In this document: in pieces, positions 1-12,562 of the stretch | Layout of the letters: the number at the start of each line of letters is the position of its first letter | Position numbering within the stretch: position 1 is the stretch's first letter | Assembly: GCA_951406725.2 (NCBI GenBank) | Contig: OX597818.1 | Span: forward strand, 120,652,001-120,716,000 | Reading direction: 5' to 3' | From: Octopus vulgaris | Lineage: Eukaryota | Length of the DNA stretch: 64,000 bases | The notes under the pieces: generated by a model | Databases searched by the model: none | Told to the model about the DNA's origin: nothing | The model's input: the letters and a program-made list of their open reading frames with translations, nothing else | Translations under genes and position numbers: made by a program

Positions 1-1185
1 TAACTGGAAAATGTCTATCTATCAGTGCTAGGAAATATTTACCTATATTGAAGGCCACCTCGGGTGAGTAAGGGGGCGTAAACCAGATGACCTTCCTATT
101 TCTATTATTCCTTTTCCTTACTGTTGGGCTAGTGATAGGTGTATATTTTATTTTTTCGCTAAAACCACTATCTTTTAAAGCCTTATTATAAACTGGGGCA
201 ACGCTATTGAAGATGTCCTCATCAGATGAGAGGCTAGAAATCCTCTTACTAATATTTTTAACTAAATTTTTGAATACTCTTCAATAGACACAATTTAAAA
301 ATTAGTTTTAGTTCAACTACCAATTTTAAAAACATAATCAAACATAACATACAAAAAACACAAGAAGAAAACAGCTGTTCATGCAGGAATAAAGAATTGT
401 GCCCGCTAAATGGAGCTTGCATGTCCAAGACCATCATATATGAAGCTACCGTAAACTCTATAACCACTAAAGACACCGTTTCGACGAAGAAATACGTGGG
501 CCTTACAGAGGGTAATTTCAAGGCCAGGTTCAATAACCACACTCTGAGCTTTAGGCACTGGAACAAAAGGAAAGCGACACAATTATCTAATCATATTTGG
601 TCTTTAAGAGATAAAGGTGTCGATTATAACATACAATGGAAGATTTTGGCCAGATGTAAGCCCTATACTAACGGCAGCGGAAGGTGCGGTCTATGCGACA
701 TGGAGAGATGGCTTATCTGGAAAAGCAGCTTAGACCCTACTACATGTCTAAATACAAGGACAGAGCTTTTCGGATCATGCCCACATGTGACTAAATTTCT
801 GTTACGTTTTTGGTCCCCTAAAGAAAACAGATAGAACATGCTTTCTATGTTATGTCCCGAGAAGAATTTATATATTTTTATATATTTTTATATATTTTTT
901 ATGTATTTTTATATAATTTTCATGACGAAAAATGCGAGCGATGTATAAGTACGCAGGCAAGCAGAGTTATAACAGAGTAATTTCCCTTTATTTAACGGTA
1001 TTTTTTCATAACGTTTTCAAATACCCAGATAACCGAAGAGATGGTGTTGTGGATTTCCACTTCGGCATCTGAAACTCAGAGTTTTATCTTGACTACCGAG
1101 TAATGTAACATATTGTATAGATAAATTTCCTCTATTTACATAATATTGAGGTCTCTTTCTTTCTTTTGTTATCTTACCGTTTTAT

Positions 1186-1190
<5 letters not shown>
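1..1190 (+). mobile_element. Penelope-like element 3' part with inverted 5' segment; GIY-YIG endonuclease
   Basis: + strand from ~280: FNRHNLKISFS...CSC..CPLNGAC...IIYEATV...YVGLTEGNFKARFNNH. - strand ~280 to 1: KNISKRISSLSSDE...RKVIWFTPPYS...LIDRHFP (RT thumb/linker). Ends in (TA)n. Confidence 0.88.
1027..1089 (+). ncRNA. Type I hammerhead ribozyme motif (degenerate core CCGAAGA)
   Basis: Stem I AGATAA/TTATCT, stem II GATG..CATC, GAAA, stem III ACTC-a-GAGT, GUU triplet. Confidence 0.65.
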
Positions 1191-1232
<42 letters not shown>

Positions 1233-1379
1233 GTACGACGGGTTTTTCTTTTATTTTCCGTCAGCCAAATCCACACAAACGGCTTTGGTGTACCCGAGGC
1301 TATAGTAGAAAACACATGCCTAAGGAGCCACGCAGTGGAACTGAACCCAGAACCGTATGGTTCGAAAGCAAGCTTCTTT

Positions 1380-2877
1380 TTTTATGAAATGGCCATAAAG
1401 GCCTTACACAGAGGGAACAGCACAAGGTGGGGACAAAGACAAAACGAATGGAATGAAGGATGGAATGAAGTCAGTCGGCCCCACCTCCGAGCGACCTCAT
1501 TGAACTTCTAGCAACACCATTTATATTACCCTTTGCAGCAGCCAATTTGATACACAATTTGAACACAGTTATTTACACAATAATTAATCCAGATCTTTCT
1601 CCAAAATGTCTACATTATATTTTTTTTTGATGTCCACGTACCTCATCTTTCCGGCATTGTGCTGGTGTCCACTTTTTGGACCACCACTCACAGTCACAGT
1701 TTTCCATATACCCATGTACGTTCCACAGGTTATCCAGGTCCGTCGGCATACAATAATCGTTCTCAGGAAGACCCCTTACACCTGTTATATCCACCTTCAC
1801 TATTCCGTCCCACGAATTTACTTCGTTATACAGTTCCTGAATCTGTCCATTGTACATTAATACGAATTTTTCATTACAGGGCAGGGTGGGCACTTTTAAG
1901 GCTCTTTTAAGGCTCTTGTGTGTCTGCAATTGTTTTTTATGTCAGACTGGGCATGGGGAGGGTTGGTATCTGTAGGGAGTGGTTGGGGTAGAGTGGGTTT
2001 GGTTGAGGGCTGAATGATTGTGGGTTGGGGTCATTTTTTACCATGTGTGTCTTTTTCCTCCTCTTCTTGCTCTTCTTCTCTACTGGCGTTCGATTTTTCC
2101 TCCTTCTCGACGCTGGTACCTGTCTTCTTCTGTGGTTCCACCTCACTTTCTTCTTCCTCTTCAGGACCTGTAACACCAACCACTTTTTCCCCTCTGTCTC
2201 TCCTTGTCCTTTTCTAGTGGTGGAAGGCATTCCGCTCTAATGTGGACTTTCATGCTACATTTATAACATCGCGGGATTCTCCCTTCCTCTCTGACCTTTA
2301 AAGTCGACTCTCCCACTGTGATATTTTCGACCATTTTTTCCAAGTCTTCCTCCGCGACCTGTGCCACCATTTCATGGGTTTCTCCTTCCCAATGCCTGTG
2401 GGGCATTCAGGTGGCCTGCAGGACCACCACCTTCTCCATGCCCAACAGTATGGCAGCCACCAGCCAGGCTACATTTACCTCCGGTGGTATGTCCTCCACC
2501 CGAACCCTGGTTGTAAGTCTCCCATGGTACATGGGTAGCAGTACTACTTCATCCGTTTTCAACGGTGCGGCTGAGTATAATTTAGCAGTTGCTATCACCT
2601 TAAACTGCACCTCCACCGTTCCATATTTTCGACCCATGGCCAGGTATGCTGTCTCCTGCCAGACTGACCTCAGTGCCTTTTCCACCTGTGCCTCCGACAC
2701 CGCTTCAATTTTCCTAGTTGCTGTGGCGTAAGTTCTGTATACAATTGTTCTTTCTTCCTTGTCCTTTGATACGTTTTGGGGGTGGAACACCTTCATATCG
2801 TTCCACCCCGCTTTCAAGCATTTCCTTGAACTCCCTCAAATCTTCCAGATTAAATTCTTCACTCTCACTCTCACTCA

Positions 2878-2878
<1 letters not shown>
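1380..2878 (-). mobile_element. Gag/ORF1-only non-autonomous retroelement, decayed copy
   Basis: Broken ORF with CYKCSMKVHIRAEC zinc knuckle; colinear with 10260-11922, including the GTCGCTCGGAGGT 3' motif. Confidence 0.75.
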
Positions 2879-2917
<39 letters not shown>

Positions 2918-2926
2918 TAATAATAA

Positions 2927-3125
2927 CTCCCTAATCGAGGCTCGGAGACCAAATATTGTCGTAGTGGATTAAGGAAAAAAGGAAACCAAGATCATAGATA
3001 TTTCAATACCTGGAGATGCACGCATAAGTGACAAAGAAGAAGAAAAGGTTGAAAAGTACAGACTAGTAAAAGACGAGATTGCAACAATGTGGACTATGAG
3101 GAGAGTGTCTGTCATTCCAGTATTA
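2927..3125 (+). mobile_element. R4/Dong-type (RLE) LINE fragment
   Basis: LIEARRPNIVVVD..KIIDISIPGD..EKVEKY..EIATMW, directly after (AAT)n. Confidence 0.75.
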
Positions 3126-3950
3126 GCTAACCCTAACTAACCCTATCCCTAAAACAGATTGAAATGCAATAGATCGATACTAGGGTCATAATTATGGGTA
3201 AGAATTTCCTATGACACCGCTAGAAAAAACTGCCGTTCGAACCGAAAGGATCCCTTTGTTTATATGTTCTCCATCAACTCATTATTCTTTCTTCCTGCAA
3301 CAGCTAAGTTGTTAGAATTCGTTTTTGACGTATTTTACTGTTGTTTTTTCTTTTAATAACGTAATGCTTGTGTTTATTTCCTTTTTATTGATGGTGTGGT
3401 TGCAGCTTTGATTGATTTGTTTTTCCTTTTCTTTTATCTTTTGTAGTTGTTTTGATATTCATAATGCGAGCCCGTGACAGCTAAAAGGAAACTCTCCCTC
3501 TCGATCCACAAAGCTGCTTTTTTTTTTCTCATATTTCTTTATTTTTATTTAAATTTTCATTTTCTACGTTTTTGCTTTCATCCTCGATGACTGCCTTTAG
3601 TGACGGTTTGTGCCTTGATTTCAGAGCATGAAGTGGGTTGTAAAATCAAGCAATTCTGATGCGGCGGAGAATTGTCCGTCTGCATATATGTGCTTGAGTA
3701 TTGCTGAGGAGAAGGTTAAACTGAGGGACTTGAGATAACCTGTTCAGTTTTGGTGGTTTTTTTGTTTTATTTGTTGAAATGGTTCTTGTTATTAGTGGAA
3801 TTAGTGATGGAATTGCTGCTCCGGTGGCTGCTACACTTCTTCTTGTTTTTCTCACTGCGGCTGTGATGTTTGCTACTGGTTCGCTGCTGCAGATGTGCTG
3901 ACGTTTATTTGCGGTAGCACATCAGCTATAGTCGCCTTCTTTATTAGCCA

Positions 3951-4380
3951 GCAGGAGTGGCTGTGTGGTAAGTAGCTTGCTAACCAACCACATATTTCCA
4001 GGTTCAGTACCATTGCGTGGCACCTTGGGAAAGTGTCTTCTACAATAGCCTCGGGCCGACTAAAGCCTTGTGAGTGGATTTGGTAGGAGGAAACTGAAAG
4101 AAGCCCGTCGTATATATATATATATATGTACATATATATATATGTATGTATGTATGTAAGTGTATGTATATGTTTGTATGTGTGTGTATATCCCAACATC
4201 GCTTGACAACCGATGCTGGTGTGTTTACATCCCCGTAACTTAACGGTTCGGCATAAGCGACCGATAGAATAAGTACTATGTTTACAAAGTATAAGTACAA
4301 GTATAAGTCGATTTGCTCGACTAAAGGCCGTGCTGCATTATGGCCGCAGTCAAAATGACTGAAACGAATAAACGAATAAA
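3951..4380 (+). mobile_element. tRNA-derived SINE family B, full length (other copies about 1235-1377 -, 37360-37797 -, 40332-40790 +)
   Basis: A-box-like GTGGCTGTGTGGTAAG, B-box-like GGTTCAG, CORE-like GCACCTTGGG.AAGTGTCTTCT, internal (TA)/(TG) tract, repeated tail. Confidence 0.8.
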
Positions 4381-5656
4381 GGAATGTGATTGGGTCAGAA
4401 TTGATACTTCCTCTGTTACTGGAACTAATGATTTCTTCTTTCCAGTCTCAAAGAGGAATCTTACTTTAACCACGCCATGATGCTTTCCACTCTCCGACTT
4501 CATACACCATTGTATAGATCTTCTGGCGCGCGGCCAGGATGACATTCTCTCCCACTTTTTGGACAAATCGTCATTTAGATTTTCATTCGATAATCTGAGT
4601 GTTTTTCTAGCTCACTGGAAAATAACCTAGCCTTTGCAACTACTTGGCTGTATCTTTTACTGTTAATGTTGTTTCGACTGCTGTTGCCGGCTACAGTAGA
4701 TGGGGTGGTTCTGGTGGGTCTGCTTACAGCCGAAACCTGATATTTCTAAGAGTCGGCTTGCTCCATATTGAGCTCGTAGCGACAGTTTTGTTGTGGCTAC
4801 AGCCAACTGCTGACGTAGGAATGGTACCGGTGGTCTTTGCGATGGTGGTGGTGGTGGTGGATATTAGTATACTTCTTGGAGCGGCAAGAAGCTGATTGCT
4901 AGAAATTAGTGAGGGGGCGTCACTGCGGGAACTGTTATCGCCCCTGAACATGCTGTTGCTCTTTATTTATTTTTTATATTCTTATTCGTGTTGAACTTAT
5001 GATTTAGACATTTTTATATGTTGTTATTGCTACTCCCACTGCTCTTTTGGTAGCAGAAAGACTTGGGTTACTGACTGGTTGAGAGGCTGGGGATGCTTAG
5101 AGTGTAAAAGCAATATAGTCTCTAACCACCCGCTTGTCCTACTTATTGGCTGGAATATACTAGCTTTTGTTGTTGTTGTTGCTGTTATTACAATGAACGA
5201 AAGCAAACTGAACGTAGTTCCTAAATTACAGAACCAACAGGTAAGAAACAAGAAAGAACCATCCAGCTTCTTCTTGTAGTATTTTGTTACATAAAAAGGA
5301 AGATATAAAAAAATAATGAAAATCCTTATAGCGGCAAATTTTCAAAAATTATTGGAACACTTAAAAACAAGTAAGCAAGACAGGTCTTAATCGGTTTACA
5401 TTTATCGCTAGTGATTTTCTCAATCAATGGATAAAGGACAATTGAGGGACATTTCCCAAAGAATCATAAATTCCCGGGAAGCCCTTTGAAGTGTTCACTC
5501 AAATAAATCAACCAGAGTACTAATCTTTTAAATCTGCTATTTACTCTAACATTTCTTTTGTCAAACTGTTAAGTTGTGGGGACGTAAAAAGACCAACAGC
5601 AGTTATCATGCGATGGGGGTACAAATATTAACACAGAGAAATGTAAGTATGTGTGT

Positions 5657-5720
<64 letters not shown>

Positions 5721-5767
5721 TGTAATAGATGATGATGATGATGATGATGAGGATGATGAGGATGATG

Positions 5768-5802
<35 letters not shown>

Positions 5803-5823
5803 AACATGATGATGATGATGATA
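5657..5823. repeat. Compound (AAT)n(GAT)n microsatellite
   Basis: Seen directly. Confidence 0.97.
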
Positions 5824-5979
5824 ACAAGAGCACTCAGAGAGCGCAATCCTCCGCCAAAGTCATCTCAACGATTAGCCGATGATTTTTAAAATGAGACTAT
5901 CTGAAATAAACTTGACTGTTCTCACAAGCGAGAGTACTAAAAATGAACCCGACCGGCTCCTCAGATAAAAGCTCTTCAC

Positions 5980-6514
5980 TCACGTAAGGTGTTGCTATTT
6001 GTTTGGTGGGATGTGAAAGGTTTAGTCTATTTTGAACATTTAAACCAAAACGAAAGGAGGTCTACTGCGAGCAGTTTGAGCGGCTTAAGTCAGTGCTCGA
6101 AGTAAAATGACCATCTTTGGTTTCAAGACGAAAGGTGTTCTTCCATCAGGATAATGCTCGTTCACATACATCGAGTATGACATTCCAAAGGCTTGAGCGG
6201 TTTGATCGGAAAATGATGCCCCACCTATCATATTCACCAGACATTGCCCAATCTGATTATCATTTATTCCGCAGTCTTCAAAATTATGTAGACGGAAAAA
6301 ATATGAATTGTATAGACTAGGTCAGAAGAGTACTGGAGGAGTATTTTTCGTCACAGACTAGTGAAGTTTGGAAGAGGTGCCTTGCAAGTCATCCAGATGG
6401 TTGGAAGAGCATTGTAGAAAATGAAGGAGAGTATATTTTGGATTAAAAAGAACTTTATCTTAATGTGGAAAAATAAAAGTATAAAACCCCGCATTATTTA
6501 CGGGATGACCCAAT
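5980..6514 (+). mobile_element. Mariner (DD34D) transposon, 3' relic
   Basis: VWWDVKG, FHQDNARSH, YSPDIAQSDYHLFRSLQN; ends CCGCATTATTTACGGGATGACCCAATA-TA. Confidence 0.85.
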
Positions 6515-6535
6515 ATATGTATATGTATGTATGTA

Positions 6536-6586
<51 letters not shown>

Positions 6587-6590
<4 letters not shown>

Positions 6591-6804
6591 ATACTTTATT
6601 TGTTCCACGTCCTCACGTTGCTGTGTTTTTTTTTTGTTTTTTTTTTTGTGTTTTCTTGTTTGGATTAACTATATATATATATATATATAGTTAATCCAAA
6701 CAAGAAAACACACAAAAAAAAAACACAGCAACGTGAGGACGTGGAACAAATAAAGTATTATTGGACGCTCAGGAAAGAAGGGAAGAAGGAGGGTTTAACG
6801 TTTC
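6587..6804. repeat. Tail-to-tail palindrome of a PLE-like 3' terminus around (TA)n
   Basis: 6587-6669 is the reverse complement of 6690-6762; the - strand arm begins GAAACGTTAAA (hammerhead 3' half). Confidence 0.8.
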
Positions 6805-8180
6805 CAGGTCTTTGTATTTTGAGAGTTTCTCCATTTCTTTTAGAGACACGTTGTCATCTGCCGGTATTGATACATCAATTAGAAAGCATTTTTTTTCTTC
6901 ATTATCTCTGACAACTATATCTGGTCTGTTGGCCTTAATTTCTCTATCTGTGTGTATCGGCATATCCCAGAGTATGGTTGCTTTCTCGTTTTCTGTAACC
7001 TTTTCTGGTGTGTGCCTATACCATCTTTTTTCTGTTGTTATTCCATAATGTTGGCATAGCTTCCAGTGTATGTAGGTTCCAACTCTGTCATGTCTGTGAA
7101 TATATTCCTTCTTAGCCAGGACTGGGCAGCTAGAGATAATATGATTTATTGTTTCTTGTCCATCTCCACATATTCTGCAGTTACTTGTTATATTTCTTTT
7201 CATTACATGTTTTTGGTAATTTCTGGTGGGGAGGCTTTGGTCTTGTGCTGCAATTAAAAATCCCTCTGTTTCTGCTTTGAGTCTTGAGCTTCTCAACCAT
7301 TGCTGGGATTTTTCTTTGTCTATTTCTTTTGCGTTTAGTTTAGTGCAGTATTTACCATAAAGGGGCTTTTCTTGCCATCGTTTTATCATGGCTCGTTGCT
7401 GTTCTATTTTTAGTTTGGTTTTCATTTGTTTTATAGCTTTGGTTGTTTCTTCATCATCTTCTTCTTCTTTGTGTTTATTAGGTGGTATAATTTCTTGTTT
7501 GTATTTGTCAGCTTCCTTAAATACTGAGAACAGTTTTTTTGCTCGTGTTTTGCTGCTATTTTATAGTAGTTTTCCAGCTGTATAAGGCCTCTACCACCTT
7601 CTATACGTTGTATATATAGTCTTTCTATGTCAGATTTTGGGTGATGCATCCTAGATCCTGTCAGTATTTTTCTTGTTTTCCTATCTATTTTGGACAGTTC
7701 ATTTCGTGTCCAGTTAAGGATATTGTAGCTGTAACTTATAACTGGGACAGCTAAAGTGTTGATACCTATTATCTTGTTTTTAGCATTGAGCTCTGTTTTT
7801 AGTATTGATCTAACTCGTCTATAATATTCTTTTTTATTTTCTCTTTCATTTGTGTGTGTTGTGTCTTATCTAGTTCATGGATTCCTAAGTATTTGTAAGT
7901 TTGGCTTTGGTCTAATTCTTTTATTTCATTGGTTTTATCTAGTGTGATGTTGTTACTCTTAACTAGTTTTCCTCTTTTCATGGTTACTTTGGCGCATTTT
8001 TCTAATCCAAATTTCATATCTATTTCTTTGGTAAATCCATGAACTGTCTTTAATAGTGTTTCCAGCTGTTTGTCATTTGCAGCGTATAGTTTTAGGTCAT
8101 CCATATATAAAAGGTGGCTGATCGTTTTGCCGTAACATTTATATCCGCATCCAGTTCTATTTAGCATATCAGATAGAGGT
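6805..8180 (-). mobile_element. R4/Dong-type non-LTR retrotransposon fragment (RT C-terminus, CCHC knuckle, RLE)
   Basis: HLLYMDDLKLY; CRICGDGQETINHIISSC; RHD; RPDIVV..LIDVSIP; 5' end abuts a (TAA)n tract. Confidence 0.9.
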
Positions 8181-8199
8181 TATTATTATTATTATTATA

Positions 8200-8259
<60 letters not shown>

Positions 8260-8260
8260 G

Positions 8261-8780
8261 AAGGCGGCATGGCGGCAGAATCGTAAGCGCACCGGCAAAA
8301 TGCTTAGCGACCTTTCGTCTGTCTTCACTTTCTGAGTTCAAACTCTGCCGAAGTCGACTTTGTATTTCATCTTTTCGGGGTCGAAAAGATAAGTACCATT
8401 TGAACACTGGAATCGATGCAACCGACTTACACCTTCCCAGAAATTGATTGCCTTGTGCCAAAGTTTGAAATTATTATTTTTGTTGTTGTTGCTGTTAAGG
8501 TGGCAAGCTGGCAGAATCGTTAGCGCACTGGACGAAATGCTTAGCGATATTTCGCCCGTCACAATGTTCTGAGTTCAAATTCCAGCGAGATCGAATTTGC
8601 CCTTCATCCTTTCGCGGTCGATAAAATAAGTACAAGTTGGACAATGGAGTCGATGTAATCGACTCATCCCCACCTCCCTTAAGCTGTCCCCGTGGAAAAA
8701 AATTGAAATGATTCTTGATGTTGCTGTTGTTTGTTGTTAATATTTTAAGGCAGCGAACTGGCATAATCGTAAGCGTAGCA
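8261..8780 (+). mobile_element. Head-to-tail cluster of SINE family A copies
   Basis: Repeated GGCAGAATCGTTAGC...GAGTTCAAAT...TTCATCCTTTCG.GGTCGATAAAATAAGTAC units separated by (TTG)n. Confidence 0.8.
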
Positions 8781-9601
8781 GAAGTAGTAGTAATAGTCAT
8801 ATATTCAGCTGTGATATTGAGAATATGAAATTCATTTCGTCTTTTGTTGTAAATGGAAATTGTTCAAGTTTTTACTAATTAAAGTGGCTTGCACTTTAAT
8901 CATGAAAGGTCGTTATATTGTGTTGCATACATTTGGGTTTGATTTTCCGCTGTCGTAGACTTCATATACACTTGTGTTGAAATTACAGCAGTCAGTCAGC
9001 GATATCAGAAATTACACACCCAGCCTCATCCACCTAAACAGACATTCAAACAAGCATATGTTAGTGTTTGTGTATGCGTATAGTGTCAATACATTCTGCA
9101 TGGCCGCACTTCAATGACAGAAAATGTCAAAAGAATAAATTAAATGATGTTTCCACTAATTGCTAACATAAATGTTTACTTACATTAAACTTCACTGTCT
9201 GTTTATCATTTGAGTAACATAAAAACTTTTTATAAATTCGCTAAAAGAAAAGAAACCAAGAGTTAAATTGACAAAAACATCGCAGAAGCGTATACAAAGA
9301 TCCTCTCTTTACAAATACAAAAGTGCTCATAATAGTTTATCTTAATTTATTCTCTGCAGCCCTTGGACAATTTAGGATTTACAAATCAAATGTGTCAAAC
9401 TTTATTAGCCAAAATATATACAACCATCAAGGGGTGAATATGGAGTGAATAATATCCTGCAAGTTTGCAGTGAGCTTCTTGTCGATCGTCCATATGAACT
9501 CAGAAGTGTAGAGTTGGCGCTTAGCAAATACCTGCTTGAAAACACTTTACATGCAACAAAAACTTATTGCACCGGTATATTCCCAATAGAAATAGGTGGC
9601 A

Positions 9602-10035
9602 GGAATCTTTTCGGTTTGAACGGTAGATTTTAAAATAATTTCCACGTAACTAAACACTTTTAAGCTTCGTATACTGGTAGAATGTGTTTATAAAACATCT
9701 TTTTCTCTTGGCTTTATTGAGAAAATTTTATAGTTTGTAAGATATTTGTTGTTTTTTTCCTTCAATTTCTGCAATTTTAACCAATCAATGACGTCTATTG
9801 AAGTGAAAACATTCTGTGCCGTATGAATATGTCCCTCGTTTAAGAAACAGATTGGGTTTATTTACATTTATGAAGAAAAAAAGATACCCTTCCCCCCACC
9901 CCTAACCCTAACCTTAACTAACCTTAACCCTAAAACAGATTGAAATGCAACAGATCGATACTAGGGTTATAATTATGGGGGACAATTTCATATGACGCCG
10001 CTAGAAAAAAACTGCCGTTCAAACCGAAAAGATCC
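9602..10035. mobile_element. MITE with GG termini (partial copies 3128-3253 and 63238-63436)
   Basis: TIR GGAATCTTTTCGGTTTGAACGG / CCGTTCAAACCGAAAAGATCC; near-duplicated flanks GGTGGCA/GATGGCA; internal (CCCTAA)-like tract. Confidence 0.85.
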
Positions 10036-10259
10036 GATGGCAGTATTGACATGAAGTGTAGCTTCTCCTGGATTCGAATTTGTTACTTAACATTTATTAC
10101 AACTTGAACTTACGACTACGTGTTATGTGTAATTCAGTTTATCGCGCGTGCACGTTTGTATGATGGTTAATTCTGATTGATTCTTTTCCTATCTACAAAA
10201 CCTGCTGTAAATATTTTTGCTACAATAAATGTTTTTTTTCAAACTAGTCTTATCTACAG

Positions 10260-11922
10260 TATTGACGTACGTGTTGAATCGTTTATTGTTAAAATTATTT
10301 GGTGCTTTTTAAACACTTTGTTACACTTGTTTTACTGCCTGACAGCAGTCTGTTGCTGCTTTCTCCCTTCGCAGAAGTGGGTAGCACATGTATTAACGAT
10401 GGAGTACGAAAGCCTCACCTCCACGGGGCTTACGTCTTCTGAGGAGGAACTATTGAGGTGTGTCGAAGTAAAGGAAGAGCAGGTGAAGAAAAGAAATTTG
10501 CGGCTATCGCCAAGAACCACAGTAATGAAGTCGAACTAACAAAACTTAGCAAATATAAAAACATGCTTTCTAGGAGGGGTGCGACGCAATGGTGTCCATT
10601 TCCCAAGGAATTTTGAAAACTACCAAGGAGAAAACTATAATATATAGGACGTACTCCATGAAAACAAAGAAAATCGGAAAAATGACGACCACGCAAGTAG
10701 AAAAAGCCTTGAAACCACTTTGGTAAGGATTTTCGTACCTTGCCAGAGGAATGAAGTTCGGAACAGTGTAGGTACATTTCTGAGAGGTAGCTATTGCCAG
10801 GTTATATTCTGCAACCCCATTAAAGACAGAGAAGTTGTACTTCTATCCCTATACCTTGGGAGACGTGCTTCCAGTGTTAGGGTAGATGAACCACCAGAGA
10901 TTGACGTAGCCTGGCCAGTAGCTGTCATACTGCTGGGCAATGAAGATAAGATAGTGGTCCTCCAAGCCACAAGAACAGCTCATAAGAATTGGCAAGGGCA
11001 GAGCCTGGATATGATTACCCTGGCGGCACCGGAGGACCTTAAAAATATTGTATGAACTATCTCTATAGAAGATCAGAGTGGCGGACAGGACCCCGTGTTG
11101 CTACAAGTGTGGTCTAAAAGGCAACATGAGTGCGGACTGTCTTCCGCCGCCCAAAAAACCTCAAGAAAAACCCGTAAGCAAGGAGGAAGTCGCACCTCCA
11201 ACACCAACAAAAGAAAACTCAAGTGCTGAGGAAGAAGTAAACAACGAAGGATATGATTGGGAAACGGTCTGAAGGAAACAGAGAAAAAAGATGAAAAGGT
11301 ACACCCTGTGGATGTCGACCCCTATCCTAAACCCACCCAAAATCCACCCACACCCACTTTGCCCCATCCTCCCCCTACAGACGCTAACCCTTCCCACACC
11401 CCACCGACACAAAGAAAAACACAAACATACAGGAGCCCCAAAACTCTCCTCCCTCAACTTGTGAAAAAACAAAATACGTAGTGATATACGAGGATTTAAA
11501 TAAAGACCTATACAACGAGATAAATACTCGGGAGGATGCAATAACAGTTAATGCGGCAGATTATAGTAGTATACCATGGCATTATAATTGTGTGCTGGCA
11601 AAGCGGGATCAAATGTCAAAAATGGTTAACTGCAATAAATACTTTGAATACTGGGAGAAGACAATGGACACCAGTCAAGTACCAAAGTATATAAACTATC
11701 GTAATCTCCGAGATATTTCAATATTGACATTCTACCGACAGATGGGGTTTGATTGCATTTAAGATCGTATTAAAAAAATAAATGCAGTCGCTCGGAGGTT
11801 GGGCCAAAAGGTTTCATTAATCTTTTCATTTTTATTTCATTTTTCTTTCATTCGTCTTTTGTCCCTACACGTTTTATACTGTCCCCTCTATGTTTGCCCC
11901 TTGTGGGTAATAAAGAAATAAA
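10260..11922 (+). mobile_element. Gag/ORF1-only non-autonomous retroelement with 12-bp TSD
   Basis: TCTTATCTACAG at 10248-10259 and 11923-11934; CYKCGLKGNMSADC knuckle; no RT motif seen; SINE-like 3' tail. Confidence 0.82.
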
Positions 11923-12474
11923 TCTTATCTACAGCCGGCGTTCGGTGTCCTGTTTTTATTAGGCTATGGCCTGAATTACATATTACTGCAATAGGACTGG
12001 TACTTCCTAACATTATATCTTGAAGATAATGCTTTCGAAATTAAGGCGGCGAGCTGGCAGAATCTAAACTTTCCAGCTTTAGATTTTGCAAACCACCTCC
12101 GAACAGTTGATTGACCGACAGCAGCATCACCATAAACTCTACAAATGTTTTGCAAGTCTTTGCAGAATTTTCTCTCTCTCTCTTTATTTTTTTAAGTATT
12201 ACAATGGGAATATGAAATATATGGTTTTCTATTTCAAATGTCAATAAAGGGTAACTGGAAAGAAAGATAAATCTATTCTTAGTCAGGAACGGAGAAGAGA
12301 TGCTCTATCACTTCTAGCAATGCCAAAGTTTTAACTGTGTTACGTTTCAGGTGTTTTTAATGAAGCATTAAATGATTTAGCTTAAAAAACACTCAGAACT
12401 TTCGGGACAACTTATTGATCTTTTGAATATTTTCATTTTTACTTTTCTCTAGATCTCAACTGTTAACTGCATAC

Positions 12475-12520
<46 letters not shown>

Positions 12521-12562
12521 TATTTGCCTGCTGGGGTACATATGAAGTTTGTCTTGAAATAC

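Noticed and set aside
9898-9935. (CCCTAA)n telomere-like tract (also about 3128-3150)
   Set aside because: Short, degenerate and internal to a MITE; not evidence of a telomere or a fusion site.
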